Source: Clostridiales bacterium | GTDB taxonomy: Bacteria; Bacillota; Clostridia; Oscillospirales; Acutalibacteraceae | DNA length: 64,000 bases | Direction of reading: 5' to 3' | Assembly (NCBI GenBank): GCA_018364155.1 | Contig: JAGZMM010000003.1 | Span: 100,225 to 164,224, forward strand | Part shown: positions 9,416-18,361 of the stretch, piece after piece | How positions within the stretch are numbered: position 1 is the first letter of the stretch | Layout: the number at the start of each line of letters is the position of its first letter | Notes under the pieces: model-generated | Seen by the model: only the letters and a program-made list of their open reading frames with translations | What the model was told of the DNA's origin: nothing | Database searches by the model: none | Position numbers and translations under genes: made by a program

Positions 9416-10780
9416 CTATTCCTCGGTGGTTTTCTTCGTCTGCGCCATCCGTTCTCCCTGCTGGATGCCTTCGGTTTTATCCGGCATCATCACCACGCGC
9501 AGGGTCAGGATCATCAGCTTCAAATCCAGCAGGAAGGAATAGTTTTCAATATAGATCAGGTCCATCAGGAGCTTGTCGTAGGCGGTGGTGTTGTATTTTC
9601 CATAAACCTGGGCATAGCCGGTCAGGCCCGCCTTGGCTTTGAGGCGATAGGCGAACTCCGGCATGGACTTTTCATATTCCGCAGCGATCTCCGGCCGTTC
9701 CGGGCGGGGACCCACCAGCGACATGTCCCCTTTTAAGACATTAAAAAGCTGTGGAATTTCATCGATACGTAGCTTGCGTATGATTTTTCCCACAGGCGTA
9801 ATCCGGTCGTCGTCCACCGTAGCCAGCTGCGCACCGTTTCGCTCCGCGTCCACGATCATGGAGCGAAACTTCAGCACCTTGAACACCTTTCCGTCAATGG
9901 TCAGGCGTTCTTGAGTGTAGAACACGTTTTTACGGTCGTAAGCCCAGATGGCCAGCGCCGTCACCAAAAAGATAGGCGACAGCACCAAAATGCCGCAAAG
10001 CGAACCTACAATGTCCAAAAGCCGCTTATAGAGCCGCTTTTCATTGGTCAGGCCCTGGTTGCGCAGAAAGAGCATGGGGGTATCCACCACCCGGATATCG
10101 GTGGCGCCGTTGACCAGAATGTTCGTAATGGAAGGGACCACATAAAGCCGCTTGGCTTTCTGATAGCACAAATTGATCATCCATTGCCTCAGCTCCGTGC
10201 TGTTGACAGAGAGAACAATGGAATCAAAGGGTTCCATGGCCGCCTCAATGGCCTCCCGGCCCTCGCTCACGTTGATTTCCTTCAAAATCCGGTATTTATC
10301 CACAATCCGGTTGAGCTTTTTCTTAATGGCGTGGTTGATCTCATCATCATAGATAAGAAGCATATCGTGAGGCGGATAAATCTGATAATAAACCCGGTTT
10401 GCAATGCAGGCCCAGAAGGTGACGATGATCATTTGAATCACCGTCAGCCAGATAAAGCCCACAAAATTCACGAACTCGTAGGAAAGCAGGGATGCGAGCA
10501 AAAACATGATCGTATTGCATAAGCCCAGCGCAATGGCATGGGACAAAAGAATTTCGGTAATCCGGTTCTGCCCTACCTGATGGCCCTTCATCAGGATGAC
10601 CGTCACCGTCACAATCAGCGCATATACGATGGTCAGCAGATAGTTCCCATTGCGGAAAAAGGGGTTTGGAATATCGCTGTTATAAAGGCTGATCCACAAA
10701 AAGTAAAACGCGCCGGACAAGATTACGATATCGAACAGCACCATAATGGTACGGATCGTCTGTTTAAACTGAAATCTCAT
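9416..10780 (-). CDS. Polyprenyl-phosphate hexose-1-phosphate transferase (WbaP/CpsE-type 'bacterial sugar transferase'), the initiating enzyme
   Basis: N-terminal TM segments and a C-terminal catalytic domain (KFRSM...DEIPQL...VGPRP). Start at ATG 10778-10780 (MRFQFK), which has a GAGGA RBS; alternative start at 10801. Confidence 0.85.
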   Translation of the reverse strand: MRFQFKQTIRTIMVLFDIVILSGAFYFLWISLYNSDIPNPFFRNGNYLLTIVYALIVTVTVILMKGHQVGQNRITEILLSHAIALGLCNTIMFLLASLLSYEFVNFVGFIWLTVIQMIIVTFWACIANRVYYQIYPPHDMLLIYDDEINHAIKKKLNRIVDKYRILKEINVSEGREAIEAAMEPFDSIVLSVNSTELRQWMINLCYQKAKRLYVVPSITNILVNGATDIRVVDTPMLFLRNQGLTNEKRLYKRLLDIVGSLCGILVLSPIFLVTALAIWAYDRKNVFYTQERLTIDGKVFKVLKFRSMIVDAERNGAQLATVDDDRITPVGKIIRKLRIDEIPQLFNVLKGDMSLVGPRPERPEIAAEYEKSMPEFAYRLKAKAGLTGYAQVYGKYNTTAYDKLLMDLIYIENYSFLLDLKLMILTLRVVMMPDKTEGIQQGERMAQTKKTTEE

Positions 10781-11048
10781 ATTGTCCTCACTACTACACA
10801 TATTCTGGCCGTCATTCTAGATGGCGGTCCATCGCGTTCAAACGTCCCATCTTGCAGAGGGTGAAATTTGGGATAATTTGTATATTCGCGCATTCCATAA
10901 ATATTATCATACAACATTGCCGCCCTGAATTCAACCTCATCCGCCATTTCCCCGGAGAAAAACCTTCCAGCTCTCTCCTTATTGTCCCGTAAGACAGGCA
11001 AATTATGAGTGGAAATTGGAAAAACTCTCCTCGCCTGCTTTGCTTCTG

Positions 11049-12464
11049 TCAGGAAGGCAGCCCATCGAAATCGCTCGCGCTGAGTACCAGCCGGTCTCCC
11101 GGCAAAATCACCGTGGAGCCCTTGGGCACCACCACCTCGTCTCCCCTCTTGATCATCACCACCAGGATTTCCTCGGGAATGTCTGCCTCGGCGATGGCTT
11201 TGTCCGCCCAGATGCTGTCCGGTTCAATGAGATATTCCTTGAGCACGGCGCCGGTTTCTTCCTGGTAGTCGGTAAAGGTCTTGAGAACCGGGGAGGATTC
11301 CTCCACCAAGTCGAGCTTTTTGGCAAAGAACGGAATCAGAGTTCCCTGGACGGCCACTGAGAACAAGGCCACAAAAAAGACCATATGGAACAAATCGTTT
11401 TCCATCCCGGACGCATTGGTTACCGCGAAGATGGCAAACACGATGGACGCCGCCCCCCGCAGCCCCACCCAGGAAACGAACAGTTGCTGCTTCACCGGGC
11501 GCTTAAACCAGCACAGAATGCCGAAAACCGCCACCGGCCGCGCCACCAGGATAAGAAAGAGAGAAACCAGAATGCCGGGCAGCAGGACGCTTGGCAGGTG
11601 GGACGGGAAAGAGAGAAGACCCAGCGTAAAAAAGAGCATGATCTGCATCAGCCAGGAAATTCCGTCGAAGAAATGCACCAGGCTGCGCTTGTGGACGATT
11701 TTGCTGTTGCCCACCACAATGCCCACGATGTACACGCACAAATATCCGTTGCCGCCGATGAATTCACACAGGGAATAACCTAAGATCGCCACAGCGGCCA
11801 CAAAAATCAGATAATAGCTCTCAATCTCGAATTTGACCCGGCGCAGAATCCATACCGCCAGCTTTGCAAGGCCAAAGCCCAGCCCCAGGCCGAATACCAG
11901 CTGGCACACCACCATCAGCACGATGGAGTTCCCGCCTCCGGCGGACATGAGGGACAAAATCACCATCGTCATCATGTAGGCGATGGGATCGTTGCTTCCG
12001 CTTTCCACCTCCAGCATGGAGGCAAGGCCGCCCTTTAGGTTGAGCTTGCGGGAACGAAGGATGGAAAAGACGGACGCAGCGTCGGTGGAGCCCACCACCG
12101 AGCCCACCAAAAGGCCTTCCAGCAACGTGGTTCCCAAAACAAAATGGCAGAAAAGCCCGGTCAGCACCGCCGTGACCACCACGCCCACCGTGGACAGCAG
12201 GATAGACGGTACCGCTACGGGTTTGGCCATCTTCCAATTGGTGCCCAAGCCGCCGTAAAACATGATGAATACCAGGCCAAAGGAGCAAAGCTGCCGGGCC
12301 AGATCGAAATTGTCAAAATAAATACCGCCCGGTCCGTCCGAACCAAAGAACATACCCAGCACCAAAAAAATAAGCAGCGCTGGTACGCCGAACCGGTACA
12401 AAAGCTTGCTGGACGTGACACACACCAGCAGAATCAACGACCCAACCAACATCATTGTGATCAA
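11049..12464 (-). CDS. K+/H+ antiporter, CPA1 family with C-terminal TrkA-C (RCK_C) domain (NhaP2/CvrA-like)
   Basis: About 12 TM segments, then a soluble TrkA-C-like tail. TTG start has GGAGG 8 nt upstream. Confidence 0.85.
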   Translation of the reverse strand: MITMMLVGSLILLVCVTSSKLLYRFGVPALLIFLVLGMFFGSDGPGGIYFDNFDLARQLCSFGLVFIMFYGGLGTNWKMAKPVAVPSILLSTVGVVVTAVLTGLFCHFVLGTTLLEGLLVGSVVGSTDAASVFSILRSRKLNLKGGLASMLEVESGSNDPIAYMMTMVILSLMSAGGGNSIVLMVVCQLVFGLGLGFGLAKLAVWILRRVKFEIESYYLIFVAAVAILGYSLCEFIGGNGYLCVYIVGIVVGNSKIVHKRSLVHFFDGISWLMQIMLFFTLGLLSFPSHLPSVLLPGILVSLFLILVARPVAVFGILCWFKRPVKQQLFVSWVGLRGAASIVFAIFAVTNASGMENDLFHMVFFVALFSVAVQGTLIPFFAKKLDLVEESSPVLKTFTDYQEETGAVLKEYLIEPDSIWADKAIAEADIPEEILVVMIKRGDEVVVPKGSTVILPGDRLVLSASDFDGLPS

Positions 12465-12949
12465 ACCGCAGTCCCTCCTTCACCTGTTTTTCTTCGAAAT
12501 CGCACCCTTCCCATTCTGTATGAAAATGCAGATATTTATTATTATTTTACCATATTTTTTTGACCATCTCAATGCGACGAAAGCAATTGTTCGAAAAAGT
12601 TTACATAATGGTCATTTGTACTTTATTTTACGCAAAAGAAGGCCAATTTGTTCCAAAAAACGTCTATCCAAACTAAAAAAGGCGGCCGGCAAATCCACCA
12701 AAAAGGAAAAGGAGAGCGGAAAACCAGCTTGAAACACCGCTGTTCCATCCGGCTTGTCCCGGCGAAAGCCGTCTTTTGTTTTCATAAAACGCGGCCTACG
12801 CTGCTTTTCTGCATGCACCATTCAATCCATTTCTGATTTTCCGGTCGGGCACCGCCCGCTTTGGCTTGGATGGAACTCGCCCTACCGTTACGTTTGCATG
12901 CCGCAGGTATACAGGGAAAGAAACGGCGGGTAACCTTAGTCGGACGACA

Positions 12950-12993
12950 AAATCCCCCTGGTTTTGCATAGATATGCAAAACCAGGGGGATTT
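12950..12993. repeat. Perfect 44-nt palindrome (20-bp stem, 4-nt loop) downstream of cysK
   Basis: aaatccccctggttttgcat-agat-atgcaaaaccagggggattt. No flanking U-run on either strand. Confidence 0.6.
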
Positions 12994-13042
12994 ATGAACA
13001 TTTGGTTTCGATCAGGCACAAAGCCGCCCAACCGGCACCGGA

Positions 13043-13975
13043 TTATGCATCAAAGAGGCCGGTAGAAAGGTAACGCTCTCCGGTATCGGGCAGGAGCACC
13101 ACAATGCGTTTGCCCGCGTTTTCCTCCCGCTTTGCCACCTGAGTGGCTGCGAACAGAGCCGCTCCTGAAGAAATGCCGCACAGAAGGCCTTCCGCTGCCG
13201 CCAGCTTACGGGCGGTTGCAAAGGCGTCCTCATTGCTTACGGGGAGGATCTCATCGAGCAGATCCCTTCTCAGAAGCGCGGGGACAAAACCGGTACCAAT
13301 GCCCTGAATTTTGTGAGGGCCCGGCTGCCCGCCGGACAGCACCGGCGACGCGGCCGGCTCCACCGCTACGATCTGAATCGACGGGTTCTTCTCCTTGAGA
13401 GCCTCAGCCACACCGGTGATGGTGCCGCCGGTGCCGACGCCTGCCACGAAGAAATCCACTTTTCCGTCAGTGTCCCGCCAGATTTCCTGACCGGTGGTAT
13501 GATAGTGCATGCGGACATTGGCGGCATTGGTAAACTGGCCGAGAATCACCGCGCCTTTGATTTCCTCTTTCAGCTCCTGGGCCTTTTCGATGGCGCCCTT
13601 GATGCCCTTGGCCCCTTCGGTGAGCACCAGCTCGGCGCCCAAAGCTTTGAGCAGGCTGCGCCGTTCCAGGCTCATGGTTTCGGGCATGGTGAGAATGACG
13701 CGGTAGCCCTTGGCGGCCGCCACGAAGGAAAGGGCGATGCCGGTATTTCCGCTGGTGGGTTCAAGGATGGTGGAGCCGGGGCCTAATATTCCCTTCGCTT
13801 CCGCGTCGGCAATCAAGGCGTAGCCCAAGCGGTCCTTAACCGAAGAGAGAGGGTTGAAGCTTTCGAGCTTCCCTATCAGCTCTCCCCGCACCCCTTCCTG
13901 TTCCCCATAACGGGACAGCTTGAGAAGGGGCGTATTTCCGATTAACTGGGTCAAATCCTGTGCGATGTTTGGCAT
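13043..13975 (-). CDS. cysK: Cysteine synthase A (O-acetylserine sulfhydrylase)
   Basis: PLP-fold motifs SVKDR and GNTG. 310 aa. AGGAGG RBS. Confidence 0.95.
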   Translation of the reverse strand: MPNIAQDLTQLIGNTPLLKLSRYGEQEGVRGELIGKLESFNPLSSVKDRLGYALIADAEAKGILGPGSTILEPTSGNTGIALSFVAAAKGYRVILTMPETMSLERRSLLKALGAELVLTEGAKGIKGAIEKAQELKEEIKGAVILGQFTNAANVRMHYHTTGQEIWRDTDGKVDFFVAGVGTGGTITGVAEALKEKNPSIQIVAVEPAASPVLSGGQPGPHKIQGIGTGFVPALLRRDLLDEILPVSNEDAFATARKLAAAEGLLCGISSGAALFAATQVAKREENAGKRIVVLLPDTGERYLSTGLFDA

Positions 13976-13986
13976 AAAAGCGCCTC

Positions 13987-15267
13987 CTAGTCGAGTTTTG
14001 AAAAAGCTTCCTCCAAATCGGCGATCAGGTCGTCAATGTGCTCAAGGCCCACAGAAAGGCGGATCATATCCTTCGTGACCCCGGCCTTCTCCTGGTCGCT
14101 TGAGGAAAGCTGCTGGTGGGTGGTGGACGACGGATGAATGACCAAAGACTTTGCGTCTGCCACGTTTGCAAGCTGGGAAAAAATGTGCAGGCTGTCGATC
14201 AGCTTGCGGGCGGCAGGCTCGCCTCCCTTGACGCCGAAGGTGAAGATGGAGCCGGCGCCTTTGGGCAGGTACTTCTCCGCCAAAGCATGATAAGGGTTCC
14301 CCGGAAGGCCCGGATAATTCACCCAAGCTACCTTTTCGTGTCCTTGGAGATACCGGGCGAGCTTCTGCGCGTTCTCCACATGCCGCTCCACCCGTAAGGA
14401 CAAGGTTTCTAAACCCTGCAAAAGCAAAAAGGCGTTGAAGGGGCTTAAGCACGCGCCCGTGTTTCGAAGAAGCTGAACCCGGGCTTTGGTGATATAAGCC
14501 GCATCCCCCGTGTCCGGCACGTAGCGGATGCCGTGATAATCCTCGTCCGGCTCGGTGAAATCCGGGAATCTCCCGCTTCCCGCCCAATCAAACCGGCCCG
14601 CGTCCACAATAACGCCGCCGATGGAGGTGCCGTGACCGCCGATGAACTTGGTGGCCGAATGCACCACCACGTCCGCGCCGAACTCGATGGGACGAAGCAG
14701 ATACGGAGTGGCAAAGGTATTGTCCACAATTAAGGGAATGCCGTGCTTGTGAGCGATATTGGCCACCGCTTCGATGTCAATGAGGTTGATGCCGGGATTC
14801 CCAATAGACTCGATATACAAGGCCTTGGTCCGTTCGGTAATGGCGGCTTCAAAGTTATTCGGATTGTCAGGGTTCACAAAGGTGGTATGAATGCCCAGTT
14901 TCGGGAAGGTGGAGTGGAACAAAGCGAAGGTCCCTCCGTACAAGGTGGAGGCGGCGACGATCTCATCCCCTGCCGAAGCTAGGTTCAGAATGGAATAGGT
15001 GATGGCGGCCGACCCGGACGCCGCCGCCAGCGCTCCCACGCCCCCTTCCAGCGCAGCGATGCGCTTTTCGAACACGTCGGTGGTGGGGTTCATAATGCGG
15101 GTATAAATGTTGCCGGGTTCTTTTAGGCCGAACAGGTTCTCCGCTTGGTTGGTGTCGTCAAAAACATAGGACGTGGTCTGATAGATGGGCACCGCACGGG
15201 ACTTGGTCACCGGATCTGGCGTCTGGCCTGCGTGCAGCTGATTGGTTTCAAAACGAAATTGGCTCAT
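13987..15267 (-). CDS. metY: O-acetylhomoserine aminocarboxypropyltransferase / O-acetylhomoserine sulfhydrylase
   Basis: Cys/Met-metabolism PLP family (TKFIGGHG lysine motif). Start at ATG 15265-15267 (MSQFRF), which has AGGAGG 9 nt upstream. The track ORF is over-extended to 15342. Confidence 0.9.
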   Translation of the reverse strand: MSQFRFETNQLHAGQTPDPVTKSRAVPIYQTTSYVFDDTNQAENLFGLKEPGNIYTRIMNPTTDVFEKRIAALEGGVGALAAASGSAAITYSILNLASAGDEIVAASTLYGGTFALFHSTFPKLGIHTTFVNPDNPNNFEAAITERTKALYIESIGNPGINLIDIEAVANIAHKHGIPLIVDNTFATPYLLRPIEFGADVVVHSATKFIGGHGTSIGGVIVDAGRFDWAGSGRFPDFTEPDEDYHGIRYVPDTGDAAYITKARVQLLRNTGACLSPFNAFLLLQGLETLSLRVERHVENAQKLARYLQGHEKVAWVNYPGLPGNPYHALAEKYLPKGAGSIFTFGVKGGEPAARKLIDSLHIFSQLANVADAKSLVIHPSSTTHQQLSSSDQEKAGVTKDMIRLSVGLEHIDDLIADLEEAFSKLD

Positions 15268-15423
15268 GTTTCTTTGCCTCCTGTGTAGTTCATTTCTATT
15301 CCTTCTAAAACAAACACAGACACATTCGCCGGCTGGTGACATGCACGAGGCGGGTAAAGGCAGCGGTTGTTTTTTCCACGGCCGGTCACCCCTTTCCCTG
15401 TATTTCCTATCGATTTAATAAGG

Positions 15424-15452
15424 ATTATAACCTTCAATCTTTACTATGTCAA
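15424..15452 (-). promoter_or_regulatory. Sigma-A type promoter for metY-cysK
   Basis: Minus-strand TTGACA, 17 nt spacer, TATAAT (plus 15447-15452 and 15424-15429). Confidence 0.5.
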
Positions 15453-15472
15453 TAGGAATTATAAAATTTCTC

Positions 15473-15501
15473 TTGCGCCGCTGTCCTTTTTGCGTTATCA
15501 T
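15473..15501 (+). promoter_or_regulatory. Candidate promoter for the Rrf2 regulator pair
   Basis: TTGCGC, 17 nt spacer, TATCAT, upstream of an AGGAGGG RBS. Confidence 0.35.
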
Positions 15502-15532
15502 AGCAGCAGGAACCTAGGAAGGAGGGTGCTGG

Positions 15533-15961
15533 ATGAAGCTGTCCACCAAGGGAAAATACGCAGTCGAGGCCATGTGCTGCCTGGCGGTCAATTGCGAGGA
15601 AGGGCCAAAAAAAGTCCGGGAACTGAGTGATAAGACCGGGATTACCGAAGGGTATTTGGAGCAGCTTTTCTTCCGGCTGCGCAAGGCGGGGCTTTTGACC
15701 ACGGTGCGCGGGCAAAAGGGCGGCTACCTGCTGGCCCGCCCAGCAGGCGAGATCACGGTGGGTGAGATTCTGCGGGCAGTGGAGGGGGAGCTGGTCCCTG
15801 TGGCCTGCATCCGGGACCCTTCTCTGTGCCAAAGCGCCATGGCCCCACGGTGCGCCACCCGTCCGGTCTGGACCAAGCTCGCCGGTGCCATCGACGCGGT
15901 GGCGGACGGAGTGACGCTTTCCAGCCTGGCACAGTCCTTTTTAAAGGAGGAAGTGGAATGA
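15533..15961 (+). CDS. Rrf2-family transcriptional regulator (IscR/CymR-like) with a three-cysteine cluster
   Basis: N-terminal wHTH KGKYAVEAMCCLA...SDKTGI. Carries C-x6-C-x7-C (ACIRDPSLCQSAMAPRC). Confidence 0.9.
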   Translation: MKLSTKGKYAVEAMCCLAVNCEEGPKKVRELSDKTGITEGYLEQLFFRLRKAGLLTTVRGQKGGYLLARPAGEITVGEILRAVEGELVPVACIRDPSLCQSAMAPRCATRPVWTKLAGAIDAVADGVTLSSLAQSFLKEEVE

Positions 15962-16398
15962 AGTTATCCACCCGGGGCCGGTACGGCCTGCGCGCCATGA
16001 TTGACCTGGCCATTCACGACCAAGGGGATTACGTGACCTTAGGAAGCATCGCCCAGCGGCAGAAGATTTCCTTAAACTATCTCGAACACAGCTTTGCGGC
16101 TTTAAAAAATGCGGGGCTGATACGGGGAATGTCCGGCTCTCAGGGAGGCTACCGGCTGGCGGCCCCGCCTTCGGATATCACCATCCGGCAGGTGCTGGAG
16201 GTTCTGGAAGGGGATTTGTCCATCGTAGGCTCGCACGGGGGGCAGGAGGAATCCCCGTATGCCAGGCACGTGCGGAAAATGGTGTGGGACAAAATGGACG
16301 AAAAGATCGATGAGGTGCTGTCCGGTTTGACGCTGGCGGACATGGCCGTAGAGTTTTCCCGCCTACAGGAGCACGGGAAAACCATACACTCCCAGTAA
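15958..16398 (+). CDS. Rrf2-family transcriptional regulator (CymR-like, no cysteine cluster)
   Basis: MKLSTRGRYGLRAMIDLA wHTH. 4-nt ATGA overlap with the upstream paralog. No Cys in the cluster region. Confidence 0.9.
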   Translation: MKLSTRGRYGLRAMIDLAIHDQGDYVTLGSIAQRQKISLNYLEHSFAALKNAGLIRGMSGSQGGYRLAAPPSDITIRQVLEVLEGDLSIVGSHGGQEESPYARHVRKMVWDKMDEKIDEVLSGLTLADMAVEFSRLQEHGKTIHSQ

Positions 16399-16456
16399 AC
16401 AACCTCTTTCTTTCCCACAGGCGCTTCTTTTTCTTTTTTCCTGGCAGAAAAAAAGG

Positions 16457-16485
16457 TTGACAAATGGATTTTGAGCGCATATAAT
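16457..16485 (+). promoter_or_regulatory. Sigma-A promoter of the trp operon
   Basis: TTGACA (16457-62), 17 nt spacer, TATAAT (16480-85). Confidence 0.6.
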
Positions 16486-16486
16486 A

Positions 16487-16817
16487 GCAACAAAATCTGA
16501 TAGAAAAAATCCGTTGAGCAAAAGTAAGTACTCCGCAACACGGTGTTCAGAGAGCCGGCGGCTGGTGGAAAGCCGGTACATACGCTGCTTTGGAGGAATG
16601 GGTTTGTGAGGAGCAAGGGGAAACGGCCTCAAAAGAAAGGGTCGGAGTAGCTGATGCCGTGATCCGCACGTTACGCGGAGGGGGTATCCTGCATTTGACG
16701 CAATGTACCTTGCAAAATTGCCGCGTACCCTTGTAAAGAAGGAAAGCTTTCTAAGCTTTCGAATTTGGGTGGCACCACGAGTCGATCGTCCCATGGTTTG
16801 GACGACCGGCTTTTTTT
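16487..16817 (+). promoter_or_regulatory. T-box riboswitch leader (probable Trp specifier) with a terminator/antiterminator
   Basis: T-box sequence AATTTGGGTGGCACCACGAG (16762-16781). AGAGA box and a UGG-containing candidate specifier loop (ggcTGGtggaaa, about 16570). Terminator helix 16781-16810 followed by TTTTTTT. Confidence 0.65.
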
Positions 16818-16894
16818 GTTGCCTTTCTCCGCTCTGTGCCCGCGCAAGGAGCGGAGACTTGGGAAATCTTAAGCGCGGAGAGAAGGAGCTTTTT

Positions 16895-18361
16895 ATGTAT
16901 CCGACCAAACACGAAATTAGGGAACTTCTCATGGATTATGACTTAGCGCCGGTTTTTTACGAGGTTCTTTCCGATACCTACACCCCGGTGCACCTCTTTA
17001 ACGCCTTAAAAGCGGGCAACGAAACCTGCTTTATCTTAGAAAGCGTGGACAATTCCCAGCAGTGGGGCCGGTATTCCTTCATCGGCATCTGTCCCAAGCT
17101 GGAAGTGCGGATCGAACAGGGCGAGGGCGTCACAGTTCGAGACGGCAAGGCTTCGAGACAGCCGGTAAGCAATCCCATTGGGTTTTTGCAAGGCATTCTC
17201 GAGCGCACCCATTCCCCCAGCGTTCCCAACCGGCCCAAATTCACCGGCGGGCTTGTGGGCTTCTTCGGTTACGATACGGTGCGGTATCTGGAAAAGAAAT
17301 TAACTAGTGTCCCCGAAGACGATCTGCATCTGCCCGACTGCCATCTGTTTTTGTTTGACGAGGTGGTGGCTTTCGATCATTTGAGCAACAAAACGGTGAT
17401 CATCCTCAACGTGTATAAGAACGGGGATTTGGACGCCCAGTACGCTGCCTGCGAAGCACGGGCAAAGGAGCTTGCCGAGCAGATTCGCACCTTTGTCCCC
17501 GCCCCTGCCCAGGAAAAGCCCTCCCGCCCCTGCCGCATCACCTCCAACTTGACGAAAGAGGAATTCCTCTCCAATGTAGAAAAGGCCAAGGAATACATCC
17601 GCGCGGGCGACATTTTCCAGGTAGTGCTCTCCCAGCGGTTCGAGGCGGAGAATCCCCCGGATCCCTTCGACGTCTACCGGGTTCTGCGGGCAACGAATCC
17701 GTCCCCTTATCTCTATTACCTGCAATGCCCTTCCTATCAGATTGTGGGCGCGTCCCCGGAAATGCTGGTAAACGTCACCAAAGGGGTGGTCACCACCCGT
17801 CCCATCGCCGGCACGAGCCCGAGAGGGGTCACTCCGGAGCTGGACGCCCAGAATGAGAACGCTCTCTTAAACGATCCGAAGGAAAAAGCAGAGCACACCA
17901 TGCTCGTAGACTTAGGCCGCAACGACGTGGGCAAGGTCAGTAAATTCGGCACGGTGGAGGTCACCCGGCTGATGCAGGTAGAGCGGTTTTCCAAGGTGAT
18001 GCACCTGGTCAGCGACGTCAAGGGCATTCTACAGGAGGGCAAAACCGCCGTGGACGCGCTCATGGCGGTGCTTCCTGCGGGAACCCTCTCGGGTGCGCCC
18101 AAGGTGCGGGCCATGGAGATCATCGACGAGCTGGAAAATAAGAAACGGTGCCTGTACGGCGGCACGGTGGGATACTTAGGGTTTGATGGGAACATCGATA
18201 CCTGCATCGCTATCCGCACGGCGCTTTTTAAGGACAACAAGGCCTATATCCAGGCGGGAGGCGGCATTGTAGCCGACTCGGTGCCGGAAAAAGAGTTCGA
18301 AGAATCGAGAAACAAGGCCCAGGCAGTTATCCATGCCATTGAGGAGGCGGCGAAGCTATGA
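16895..18361 (+). CDS. trpE: Anthranilate synthase component I
   Basis: Chorismate-binding family. RBS GAAGGAG. Track ORF is over-extended upstream to 16703. Confidence 0.95.
   Translation: MYPTKHEIRELLMDYDLAPVFYEVLSDTYTPVHLFNALKAGNETCFILESVDNSQQWGRYSFIGICPKLEVRIEQGEGVTVRDGKASRQPVSNPIGFLQGILERTHSPSVPNRPKFTGGLVGFFGYDTVRYLEKKLTSVPEDDLHLPDCHLFLFDEVVAFDHLSNKTVIILNVYKNGDLDAQYAACEARAKELAEQIRTFVPAPAQEKPSRPCRITSNLTKEEFLSNVEKAKEYIRAGDIFQVVLSQRFEAENPPDPFDVYRVLRATNPSPYLYYLQCPSYQIVGASPEMLVNVTKGVVTTRPIAGTSPRGVTPELDAQNENALLNDPKEKAEHTMLVDLGRNDVGKVSKFGTVEVTRLMQVERFSKVMHLVSDVKGILQEGKTAVDALMAVLPAGTLSGAPKVRAMEIIDELENKKRCLYGGTVGYLGFDGNIDTCIAIRTALFKDNKAYIQAGGGIVADSVPEKEFEESRNKAQAVIHAIEEAAKL

Noticed and set aside
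15268-15420. Looked for an S-box (SAM-I) or Met T-box riboswitch in the metY leader
   Set aside because: The about 150-nt leader lacks the SAM-I conserved cores (no UUAUCAAGAG / GGNGGAGGGA / GCAACC elements). The GGGGTGACCGGCCG segment only superficially resembles a T-box and there is no stem I. Regulation is more likely via the divergent Rrf2 proteins.
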